DNA of 32,000 bases. It comes from Sedimentisphaera cyanobacteriorum (GTDB taxonomy: Bacteria; Planctomycetota; Phycisphaerae; Sedimentisphaerales; Sedimentisphaeraceae). The translations under genes were made by a program, and so were the position numbers. The first letter of the stretch is position 1; each line of letters starts with the position of its first letter. The notes beneath the pieces were generated by a model. It did not search any database, was not told the origin of the DNA, and worked only from the letters and a program-made list of their open reading frames with translations. This document shows, piece after piece, positions 25,070 to 32,000 of the stretch. The stretch covers positions 1,920,001-1,952,000 of the forward strand of contig NZ_CP019633.1 of assembly GCF_001997385.1 (NCBI RefSeq), given 5' to 3'.

Positions 25070-26674
25070 ATGAAAAGAAGAGATTTTGTTAAATTAGCCG
25101 GCTGCACGTTTGGTGCCGCCTTCGGCTCAGCAGTGAGCGGGCAAACATTTTTTGCCAATAACAGCATGAAGGTAACCAAAGAAGAACGTCCAAACATCAT
25201 TCTTATTCTTGCAGACGATATGGGGTTTGCAGATTTAGGTTGCTACGGCTCTGAGGTTGAAACCCCAAACCTCGACAAGCTTGCTGCTCGGGGCATTCGC
25301 TTTACCCAGTTCTACAACAGCGCCCGCTGCTGCCCAACGCGTGCGTCTCTGCTCACAGGCATACATCCACATCAGGCGGGTATCGGCTGGATGACAGACG
25401 ACTGGGCTGAGAACAAAAGAGAAACTTTAGACAGCCCTGCCTACACAGACGGGCTCAACAAAGAATGCATCACTATCGCAGAGGGGCTTAAGCGGGGCGG
25501 CTATCATACGATAATGTCCGGCAAATGGCACGTAGGCGAAGACCGTGAAAGAGGCCACTGGCCTGTGCAGAGAGGCTTCGACAAATCCTTCGCACTGATT
25601 GTCGGGGCGAGCAATTATTTCAGAATCAATCCGAACGTAACCGTTCTGGACGACAAAAAGATCAACGCAAACCACGAAGATTTTTACATAACAGATGAAT
25701 TCACAAAGTATGCAAATCAGTTTGTGGAGCAGGCCGCTGGTGAGAAAGAGCCGTTCTTTTTGTATCTGGCTTACACTGCCCCTCACTGGCCTCTGCATGC
25801 AAGACAGAAAGATATAGATAAATATCGAGGCAAATACAAGGCTGCAGGAGGCTGGCCCGGGATTCGGGCAGAGAGATTCCAGCGAATGAAGAAGATGGGG
25901 ATTATAGACCCGAGCTGGGATGTATCCGAGCCGGACGCAGGGGTTTTAAACTGGTCTGACGTTGATCAGGACGAGATGGACCTCCGGATGGCTGTTTACG
26001 CTGCCCAGATAGATTCTATGGATCAGAATATCGGGAAGCTGGTTGAAAAGCTCGAAGAGCTGGAAATAAGAGACAACACGCTGATAATGTTCCTTGCCGA
26101 TAACGGGGCATGCGCGGAGGACTACAATAAAAAAGAAGGCCAGATAGGAACGGTCGATTCATCGACAGCCTACTGGCAGTCCTGGGCGAATGTGAGCAAT
26201 GTCCCGTTCAGAAGATACAAGCACTGGACGCATGAAGGCGGAATATCAACGCCGCTGATTGCTAACTGGCCTGCTGTTATCAAAAAGCACGGAATGATTA
26301 CCCCCGAGCCCGGCCATATCACAGACATTATGGCAACCTGCCTTGACCTTGCCGGCACTGATTACCCCCAGACCTACAACGGCAACCAGATTACTCCGCT
26401 GGAAGGCAAGAGCCTTGCTCCAATATTCAGCAAAGGAACCCGCGATGGACACGAGTATATATGCGTTGAGCATGAAGGGCATCGCTGCTGCCGGAAGGGC
26501 AAGTGGAAATTAGTGGCAATAGCAAATCAGCCTTGGGAGCTGTATGATATGGAGGCAGACAGAACCGAAACGAACGATCTGGCATCTCAGCATCCCGATA
26601 AGGTGGCAGAGCTGGAGGACGATTACAACGCTTGGGCTCAAAAATGCAATGTACGCCCGCCCTCATACTGGTAG
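25070..26674 (+). CDS. arylsulfatase (Cys-type formylglycine sulfatase), Tat-exported
   Basis: Twin-arginine leader MKRRDFVKLAG. Sulfatase signatures PNIILILADDMGFADLGCYG and CCPTRASLLTG (CxPxR). Confidence 0.92.
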   Translation: MKRRDFVKLAGCTFGAAFGSAVSGQTFFANNSMKVTKEERPNIILILADDMGFADLGCYGSEVETPNLDKLAARGIRFTQFYNSARCCPTRASLLTGIHPHQAGIGWMTDDWAENKRETLDSPAYTDGLNKECITIAEGLKRGGYHTIMSGKWHVGEDRERGHWPVQRGFDKSFALIVGASNYFRINPNVTVLDDKKINANHEDFYITDEFTKYANQFVEQAAGEKEPFFLYLAYTAPHWPLHARQKDIDKYRGKYKAAGGWPGIRAERFQRMKKMGIIDPSWDVSEPDAGVLNWSDVDQDEMDLRMAVYAAQIDSMDQNIGKLVEKLEELEIRDNTLIMFLADNGACAEDYNKKEGQIGTVDSSTAYWQSWANVSNVPFRRYKHWTHEGGISTPLIANWPAVIKKHGMITPEPGHITDIMATCLDLAGTDYPQTYNGNQITPLEGKSLAPIFSKGTRDGHEYICVEHEGHRCCRKGKWKLVAIANQPWELYDMEADRTETNDLASQHPDKVAELEDDYNAWAQKCNVRPPSYW

Positions 26675-26705
26675 ACAGTTCTTGGCAAGCACTGAAAACC
26701 GAATT

Positions 26706-26744
26706 AAAAAAGGCAGAAGTTCGATACTCCTGCCTTTTTGTTTT
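26706..26744. terminator. bidirectional rho-independent terminator between convergent sulfatase and heparinase-like genes
   Basis: Stem aggcagaagt (26711-20) / actcctgcct (26726-35) pairs at 9 of 10 positions with a 5-nt loop. An A-run lies before it and a T-run after it. Confidence 0.65.
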
Positions 26745-26759
26745 CCTGTGAAGCTGTTT

Positions 26760-28565
26760 TCAATTTTTCGTAAATATTGCTTTGAGCTTTACATTCTCGC
26801 CGCTTTTGAGCTGGAATTTGAATCCGAGCATCTTTGCCCCCCTGTTTTCCGCATCATACTCCCTCGGCCCTTTTGCTGAATAGATTTCGAGCTTTGGGAC
26901 GAACGAATCCGAGAGCGCCTTGAATTTCAGCTCTTTCCCCTTGCGTTTTAGCACGGCCGAATTGCCTGAGATTTCAATATCTGCCTTCGTCATAAATGCC
27001 CAGCGGACAGTGCAGGCGTTCTCTGCTTTTATAGCGTCTTCTATCACTGCATTTCTGCCTGCAAGCTCAGCTACGCGCGCAGCGGAGGCAAGCTGCCCTT
27101 CGTATATCTCGCTGAGATCGGTTTCTGCGGCAAGCCTTCTCTCCGGCGCAGGCTTTACTGGAGCGAAGCCTTTCACGCGCTGAAGCTTTTCGTCCACTAC
27201 GAGGGTGTTGTGAGAAAAATTGTTGAGGCGAAAGATTGTCCATCTCTGACCACTCTGCGAGCCCTGCCAGAGCTTTATGCCCCTCTTTTCCAAATCGTGG
27301 TATCTCTGGGAGCCGAGGTCAGCAACCCATCTAATCCCTTCAGTATCAAGTATGAACGAACCGGCGTCCATGTGGGCGTGGTTGGCTGATGGTGTTCCGC
27401 CTTTCAGGCCAATATAGAAATGATTAGAACTCAGGATTGCTATTGGGTTAATCCCCTTGCTGAAATAAGCAGAACTGCCTTTCAGAATATGGTTTTTGAG
27501 CATATCTTTTTCTGCCCAGAGCAGGCTGAGAGGGAAAAATCTCCCGTGAGGCGTGCCTGAGAAATCGGCCTTGGGCATATCAGAGATTTCTCTGATTTCG
27601 TGTACTGTCCATGAGGGTTTGTTGTATCTGCCGGCAAGCCAGAACGCAGCAGGGCTGAAGTTTCTCCCGCTCCCGCCGTCGGAGTAGTTGAAGTATTTCC
27701 CGCTCGGGCCGGTGGCGAAGCTGTAGAATTCGCCCGTTTTGCGGAAACCTTCCATATCCGAGAGCCCGAAGTCTGTGCCGAGGGCGGTTTGAAGGGCATC
27801 GAGGAAGATTACATTGTAAGACGTTCCGTATTTCCAGTAGCCCGGGCCTTCGGGATAGGAGCCGTTCGGCTTGTAAACTTCCATCGATGGAGGGATGTTT
27901 CGAACCGCTCTTTTAATAACCTTCCCTGCAATCTCCGGCGATCTCTCATAAACTGCAAGAGCTCCGATTGTCAGCCCGCCGTTGCAAACCTGATTCCAGT
28001 TCATATCTGCCCTTGCCCACCAGTGTTTGCCTTTCAGCGAGGGCTTGAGACCTTTTTCGATAATCGCATCTGCTATTTTCTTTCGGCTTGCCTCTGGAAG
28101 GTCGCTGTAGAGCCAGTCCAGCCCGAGGCCGAGTGCGCAGGTCATCTCGCCTACATCAAGAAAATGCGACGGGTTCCAGCTTTCAAAGCCTGCGGCGTTG
28201 AGCATTGCTGCTTCTGCGCTCTCGAGAAAACGCCTTTCGCCTGTAATGCGCCAGCACAGGGCGGGGTACAGCACGCGCTCAATTGTCTCGCGGGATTTAC
28301 TCAGAAGCCTTCGTCCGATTTTCTTCTCCTCCACAGGCTCTAATCCGAGCATATTTTCTGCTTGCGTGAATGCCGCCTGATAAATCGCTGAAAGCTCTTT
28401 ACTCTCTTCCTTCAGCTCATTCAAACGCTGATGTCTCTGGTCTGTCCAAATTATCCGCGGGCGGCTTTCTTTGATGTTATCCCCGATAGAGAAATTATCA
28501 ATCTCTGCTGCATGAGCACAAATTGAAACTGAAAGCAAAGCCAGCGCAAAACGTAATGCCAACAT
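26760..28565 (-). CDS. heparinase II/III-family polysaccharide lyase-like protein
   Basis: The preferred start, ATG 28565, gives signal peptide MLALRFALALLSVSICAHA and is preceded by AAAGGAGAC. Hepar_II_III signature PSANHAHMDAGSFILDTEGIRWVADLG. The N-terminal part resembles an alpha/alpha-toroid (NWNQVCNGG). Confidence 0.8.
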   Translation of the reverse strand: MLALRFALALLSVSICAHAAEIDNFSIGDNIKESRPRIIWTDQRHQRLNELKEESKELSAIYQAAFTQAENMLGLEPVEEKKIGRRLLSKSRETIERVLYPALCWRITGERRFLESAEAAMLNAAGFESWNPSHFLDVGEMTCALGLGLDWLYSDLPEASRKKIADAIIEKGLKPSLKGKHWWARADMNWNQVCNGGLTIGALAVYERSPEIAGKVIKRAVRNIPPSMEVYKPNGSYPEGPGYWKYGTSYNVIFLDALQTALGTDFGLSDMEGFRKTGEFYSFATGPSGKYFNYSDGGSGRNFSPAAFWLAGRYNKPSWTVHEIREISDMPKADFSGTPHGRFFPLSLLWAEKDMLKNHILKGSSAYFSKGINPIAILSSNHFYIGLKGGTPSANHAHMDAGSFILDTEGIRWVADLGSQRYHDLEKRGIKLWQGSQSGQRWTIFRLNNFSHNTLVVDEKLQRVKGFAPVKPAPERRLAAETDLSEIYEGQLASAARVAELAGRNAVIEDAIKAENACTVRWAFMTKADIEISGNSAVLKRKGKELKFKALSDSFVPKLEIYSAKGPREYDAENRGAKMLGFKFQLKSGENVKLKAIFTKN

Positions 28566-28726
28566 AAGAGTCTCCTTTATGATTTTAGTTTTCAATATAA
28601 TAATGTATGCCGAAACGTGATTTATGCAAATTATTAGGGATAGTTTCAAAATATTCTTGTTATTGCCCGGTAAAGAACTGTTTTCGAGCCTTTTCGCACT
28701 TTTTCATTTGCTGATGTTTGGAAATC

Positions 28727-28754
28727 TTGCATTGGCGGGCGATTCGGCTAAAAT
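28727..28754 (+). promoter_or_regulatory. candidate promoter for the PBP4 gene
   Basis: TTGCAT, a 16-nt spacer, then TAAAAT. It lies 28 nt upstream of ATG 28783. This supports the internal start but is weak on its own. Confidence 0.25.
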
Positions 28755-28782
28755 GCCTGCCGTTTTTGAAGATTCTGAAAGG

Positions 28783-30141
28783 ATGCACGAATTGAAGTAT
28801 GTATTTCAGCTTATGATACTATTGCTTGCGGCGGGTCTGCAGGCTGGTATTGCCGAAAAGGTTCAGGCCGTAGCTGCGAGGGAAAAGCTCGACGGCGTTG
28901 ATTTAAGCGTAGTAATTATGGATGCTGAGAGCGGGCAGGCGGAATATCAGCTCTCCGAGAAGGTCTCGCTCATCCCCGCCTCCACAATGAAGCTAATCAC
29001 CACCTCCGCAGCGATCGAGAAGCTCGGCGAGAGCTACAAATACAGCACTCAGGTTTACTGCTCTGACGGCGGAGATTTAATAATCGAAGGCTCCGGAGAC
29101 CCCGCCCTGGGGCTGGATGAGGATATACCAGCTGATATTTCTGCTGAGATTGAAAGAATGGGCATCAGTGAAATCCGCAATATTGTTGCAGACAGCACGT
29201 TCTTCGACGACCAGCTTCAGCACCCCGACTGGCCTGTAATAGAGATCAACCGGAGCTATCAGCCTGAAATAAGCGGGGTCAGCTATAGGCTTAACTGCGC
29301 TGAATTCGAAGTTTGGCCTGCCGGCGGGCAGGTTTTATGGGATTCAGAGCCTGAAACAAGCTTTCTGAAGGTTAACAACCAAGCAGACTACACCTCTTCA
29401 AGGAGAAATACAGTTTGGATTTCGCGTAAAATAAACAAAAACAGCTTCACAATCCATGGCGACTGCGGCTATCAGGCTCGCCCTGTGGAGGTGCCTGTGC
29501 ACAGGCCGGCTCTCTTTCTGGCCTGCCTAACTGCTGAAGAGCTTTCTGAGAACGGGGTAAATCTCACCGGAAAACTGCTTGAATCAAATGCAGACACCTC
29601 CGGAGCACGCCTCATTAAAAGCTACAAAACCCCTCTGCTTGAAGCTGTGGAGATGGCCAACAGCGACAGCGTGAATCTTGCAGCGGAATGTATTGCGAAA
29701 ACTATCCCTGCGGAAAACGGATTGCGAAGGAATCAGTGGGAGAATTTTGCAGGTGAGGCGGAAAAATTCATCGCCAGCTGCGGGGCAGAGCTGGATGGCG
29801 TTAAAGTTAGAGACGGAAGCGGGCTCAGCCGTGGGAACCGGCTCACAGCAGAAGTTCTCGCTGCGGTTCTCAGGCATCAGTATGAGCAGGAAAATTTCGA
29901 GGAATTCAAGAATACCCTTGCAGTCGGCGGGGTGAGCGGTTCAGGCCCGGTAAAAAGATACTTTACCCAGCCTGCCTTCAAAGGTAGAATATTCGCAAAG
30001 AGCGGTACTATGACAGGCATAAAAGCGCTTGCAGGATACTGCTTTACTGATTCGGGAACGTACATATTCTCGATAATTACCAATAATGCCAACGGGCATA
30101 CAAGAAAAGCAATAAACGATATTGTGAAATCTGTTTTTTAG
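28783..30141 (+). CDS. dacB: D-alanyl-D-alanine carboxypeptidase/endopeptidase, PBP4 (peptidase S13)
   Basis: SxxK motif PASTMKLIT, the PBP4-type GSGDPALG, and a KTG-like KSGTMTG. The chosen start gives signal peptide MHELKYVFQLMILLLAAGLQAG after GAAAGG. The ORF track starts at 28624, which would overlap the divergent gene's promoter region. Confidence 0.85.
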   Translation: MHELKYVFQLMILLLAAGLQAGIAEKVQAVAAREKLDGVDLSVVIMDAESGQAEYQLSEKVSLIPASTMKLITTSAAIEKLGESYKYSTQVYCSDGGDLIIEGSGDPALGLDEDIPADISAEIERMGISEIRNIVADSTFFDDQLQHPDWPVIEINRSYQPEISGVSYRLNCAEFEVWPAGGQVLWDSEPETSFLKVNNQADYTSSRRNTVWISRKINKNSFTIHGDCGYQARPVEVPVHRPALFLACLTAEELSENGVNLTGKLLESNADTSGARLIKSYKTPLLEAVEMANSDSVNLAAECIAKTIPAENGLRRNQWENFAGEAEKFIASCGAELDGVKVRDGSGLSRGNRLTAEVLAAVLRHQYEQENFEEFKNTLAVGGVSGSGPVKRYFTQPAFKGRIFAKSGTMTGIKALAGYCFTDSGTYIFSIITNNANGHTRKAINDIVKSVF

Positions 30142-30158
30142 AAGCAGAAGGAATATTT

Positions 30159-30455
30159 ATGCTAGTACACTCAGTATTTTTCTGGCTCAAGGAAGACCTC
30201 TCCGAGGCCGAGCTGTATCTTTTCAGGGAAAAGCTCGAAACGCTCAAGCAGATACCTGCCGCTCATTCGGTTTATATCGGCACTCCAGCAAGCACCGACC
30301 GGCCGGTGATAGACAGGAGCTACGATTTCGCTCTTACGGTTGTGTTCGAGGACATCGGCAAACACGATAAGTACCAGACAGACCCGCTGCACAAAACATT
30401 CCTCAACGAATGCAGCAATATGTTCGAGAAGGTGCTGATTTACGACGCTGATTAG
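30159..30455 (+). CDS. Dabb-family stress-responsive alpha/beta-barrel protein
   Basis: 98 aa. The Dabb pattern MLVHSVFFWLKED...YDFALTVVFEDIGKHDKYQTDPLHKTF is present. AAGGA lies upstream. Confidence 0.8.
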   Translation: MLVHSVFFWLKEDLSEAELYLFREKLETLKQIPAAHSVYIGTPASTDRPVIDRSYDFALTVVFEDIGKHDKYQTDPLHKTFLNECSNMFEKVLIYDAD

Positions 30456-30500
30456 CTTATAAGCAGGCTCTCTGAGTTTGCCTGTATAAGCCGTTTTTTT
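30456..30500 (+). terminator. rho-independent terminator after the Dabb gene
   Basis: The stem pairs cttata (30456-61) with tataag (30485-90) and caggc (30464-68) with gcctg (30480-84), with a 2-nt bulge. A T7 run follows at 30494-30500. Confidence 0.6.
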
Positions 30501-30537
30501 ATCAGCGCCGCAGATTATCAATTTCCATTGAGCGAGT

Positions 30538-31986
30538 TTAATACTTCGCCACAAACCCTTTGTCTGATTCGAGATTTACGAAGAAGTAGCGAAGGGCATC
30601 GATGTAATGGTCGTATATCCCATCTTTTTCCGGAAGTTCATCGCCGGTGCATTTAGCGGGGTAATGATAGCTTTCCATCGCCTCAATAAGGTTTACGCAG
30701 GAGCGGTCTATAAAGAGCCTTGGCCTTCCTGCTGCATTTCTAATATGCTGCCTTATCATCTCGAGTCCCGGGGCGATTCGGCTGGCCTTCCACCTGAGAT
30801 TTATCCCTTGCTTGCGGAATTCGCTTACAACGCTTGTTCCGCTAATCTGAGATGTCTGGGAGCCTGCCGGGTCGCAGAATGTTCCCGCAAGGCTCGCTGT
30901 TTTGGGCGTAAGCTTTCGAACATTTTCGCAGTTTACAGCAGCGGTTTTCTGCCTTGCCACATATTCTTTGATCACAAAAACATTCCCCGCGCTGTCCTGC
31001 TCTATCCAGAGGCATACAAACGGATTCACGAAGCCGAAATCTATAGAGCGAAAGAGCCTTCTCGCTGCGCTGAAATCCTGCCTGCATACATTCACGCTCC
31101 TCTCGAACGAGGGGAAAACGCACCTGCTTGCCGAAGGCTTTCTGCACAGCATCTCCGATTCCCAGCTGCTCCTGCTTGCCCTGTTCATCTGAGATACAGC
31201 ATCGTCTATGCGGTAGTAGCCTCCGGCATCTTTTGCAATGCCGCGGCAGTCTTCCCAGAGCGGGCAGCTTGAGCAGGTTCTCTCGGTGCATTTTTCGATT
31301 ACATCCCAGAGATTCCATCTAAATACGGGCATACAGGCTTTTTTTGCCGTGCTTACCGCCTCGGACATTATCCCGTACGGTTCGTGCATTGTGGATGCGG
31401 CCTCCATGGCAGACGTTATGCCATTGCCGGATTTTGTTATATACTGAGCAGCCTGATAAACCTCCGGATCGAAAAGTTCGATCTCATCGCAGCGGAGCTT
31501 ATGTATATGCCTTCCCCGCACGTTCCTTGAAGACTGAGTGAGCACTTCTACACTGCTTGAATTCTCAAGCCTGAGCGAGCTTTTGGTAATCTTTCCGCTG
31601 AGCATATCGGGGAATCCCTCTTCCATAAACCGGGCAGCATATTCATACATCCGCCTTGCCTGTTCCTGCGAGCCTGAGAGGATTTTGATGCTGCAGCCCG
31701 GGCGAAGCACGGCATCCAGCACAGTTAGCACTGCTCCGCAGAGAGTTTTTCCTCCGCCCCTGTTTGCCCACACCAGACAGTCGCCGTTTGGCCTTCCTTC
31801 AAGCTCGGTGGAGTATGCATGCCAGAGATAATCGAAGGGGCTTGCTGCACCCGAGAGGCTTTTATCAGGCAGGGATACCCCGAGAAAAGTTTTTATGTAG
31901 CCCTTGAGCTGTTTGCGGTTTTTTGGAGGCTCAGTTCTAAGCGCAGAGAGAACCGAGCTCAAATGGTTTTCGTTTTGAGTTTTCAT
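30538..31986 (-). CDS. terL: phage terminase large subunit
   Basis: 482 aa. P-loop ANRGGGKT ([AG]x4GK[ST]) and Walker B KLRCDEIELF. The RNase H-like nuclease half has SIDFGFVNPF and DHYIDALRYF. GGAGAAGGA lies upstream of the ATG. Confidence 0.88.
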   Translation of the reverse strand: MKTQNENHLSSVLSALRTEPPKNRKQLKGYIKTFLGVSLPDKSLSGAASPFDYLWHAYSTELEGRPNGDCLVWANRGGGKTLCGAVLTVLDAVLRPGCSIKILSGSQEQARRMYEYAARFMEEGFPDMLSGKITKSSLRLENSSSVEVLTQSSRNVRGRHIHKLRCDEIELFDPEVYQAAQYITKSGNGITSAMEAASTMHEPYGIMSEAVSTAKKACMPVFRWNLWDVIEKCTERTCSSCPLWEDCRGIAKDAGGYYRIDDAVSQMNRASRSSWESEMLCRKPSASRCVFPSFERSVNVCRQDFSAARRLFRSIDFGFVNPFVCLWIEQDSAGNVFVIKEYVARQKTAAVNCENVRKLTPKTASLAGTFCDPAGSQTSQISGTSVVSEFRKQGINLRWKASRIAPGLEMIRQHIRNAAGRPRLFIDRSCVNLIEAMESYHYPAKCTGDELPEKDGIYDHYIDALRYFFVNLESDKGFVAKY

Positions 31987-32000
31987 TTTTCCTTCTCCTC

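Noticed and set aside
27789-28343. A 184-aa plus-strand ORF antisense to the heparinase-like gene.
   Set aside because: Same reasoning as above: no motifs, and it lies opposite a well-supported gene.
28566-28782. N-terminal extensions of the divergent ORFs (heparinase-like up to 28649; PBP4 from 28624), which would overlap each other.
   Set aside because: In both cases an internal Met gives a proper signal peptide and has an SD (AAAGGAGAC; GAAAGG). The extensions are hydrophobic or odd sequence that would occupy the shared promoter region.
30607-31272. A 221-aa plus-strand ORF antisense to the terminase gene, plus the nested 30842..31318 minus-strand alternative frame.
   Set aside because: The terminase frame carries all conserved ATPase and nuclease motifs. 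The alternative frames are Arg/Cys/Ala-rich noise.
1-32000. A search for CRISPR arrays, tRNA or rRNA genes, integrases, retron or DGR-type repeats and toxin-antitoxin pairs.
   Set aside because: I saw no regularly spaced repeats, no tRNA T-loop or acceptor patterns in the intergenic regions, and no recombinase or reverse transcriptase ORFs. The only repeats found are those associated with the IS and the short 19-nt junction duplicate.

Overview
This 32-kb chromosomal window is about 50% GC by eye. The gene content includes a PEP-CTERM protein, a Tat-exported Cys-type sulfatase, LamG and heparinase II/III-like proteins, GH2 and GH20 hydrolases, and ablAB osmolyte genes. Most genes have AAGGA/GGAG-type ribosome-binding sites. 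This suggests a marine or hypersaline polysaccharide-degrading bacterium of the PVC group (Planctomycetota/Phycisphaerae-like), but the taxonomic call is inference only. Layout: (1) 1-7.5 kb is a housekeeping block: gyrB 3' end, TPR lipoprotein, ftsK, PfkB-family kinase, a membrane helical-repeat protein translationally coupled to an M50 protease, and a secreted metallophosphoesterase. (2) 7.6-10.6 kb holds a PEP-CTERM surface protein gene whose signal-peptide exon is out of frame at a T7 run. Just upstream of it is an IS1634-family element with 15-bp inverted repeats and a perfect ~80-bp target duplication. (3) 10.8-17.2 kb holds an APC permease fused to a PTS EIIA-2 domain, then GH2 (beta-glucuronidase-like), a glucosaminidase-domain lipoprotein and a GH20 hexosaminidase. 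(4) 17.2-18.4 kb is a sharply AT-rich ORFan islet of three small ORFs, two of which can be joined by one extra A in an A5 run. (5) 18.4-22.5 kb holds rmuC and a marR-ablA-ablB operon (N-epsilon-acetyl-beta-lysine osmolyte pathway). (6) 23.1-30.5 kb holds a LamG protein, a sulfatase, a heparinase II/III-like protein, PBP4 and a Dabb protein. (7) 30.5-32 kb holds a phage terminase large subunit gene that directly abuts host genes. I recognised no rRNA, tRNA or CRISPR array. I did not find an unambiguous multi-gene novel system. The best candidates for follow-up are the AT-rich ORFan islet, the IS/PEP-CTERM locus and the edge-of-element terminase. All family calls rest on motif recognition by eye, with no database search.
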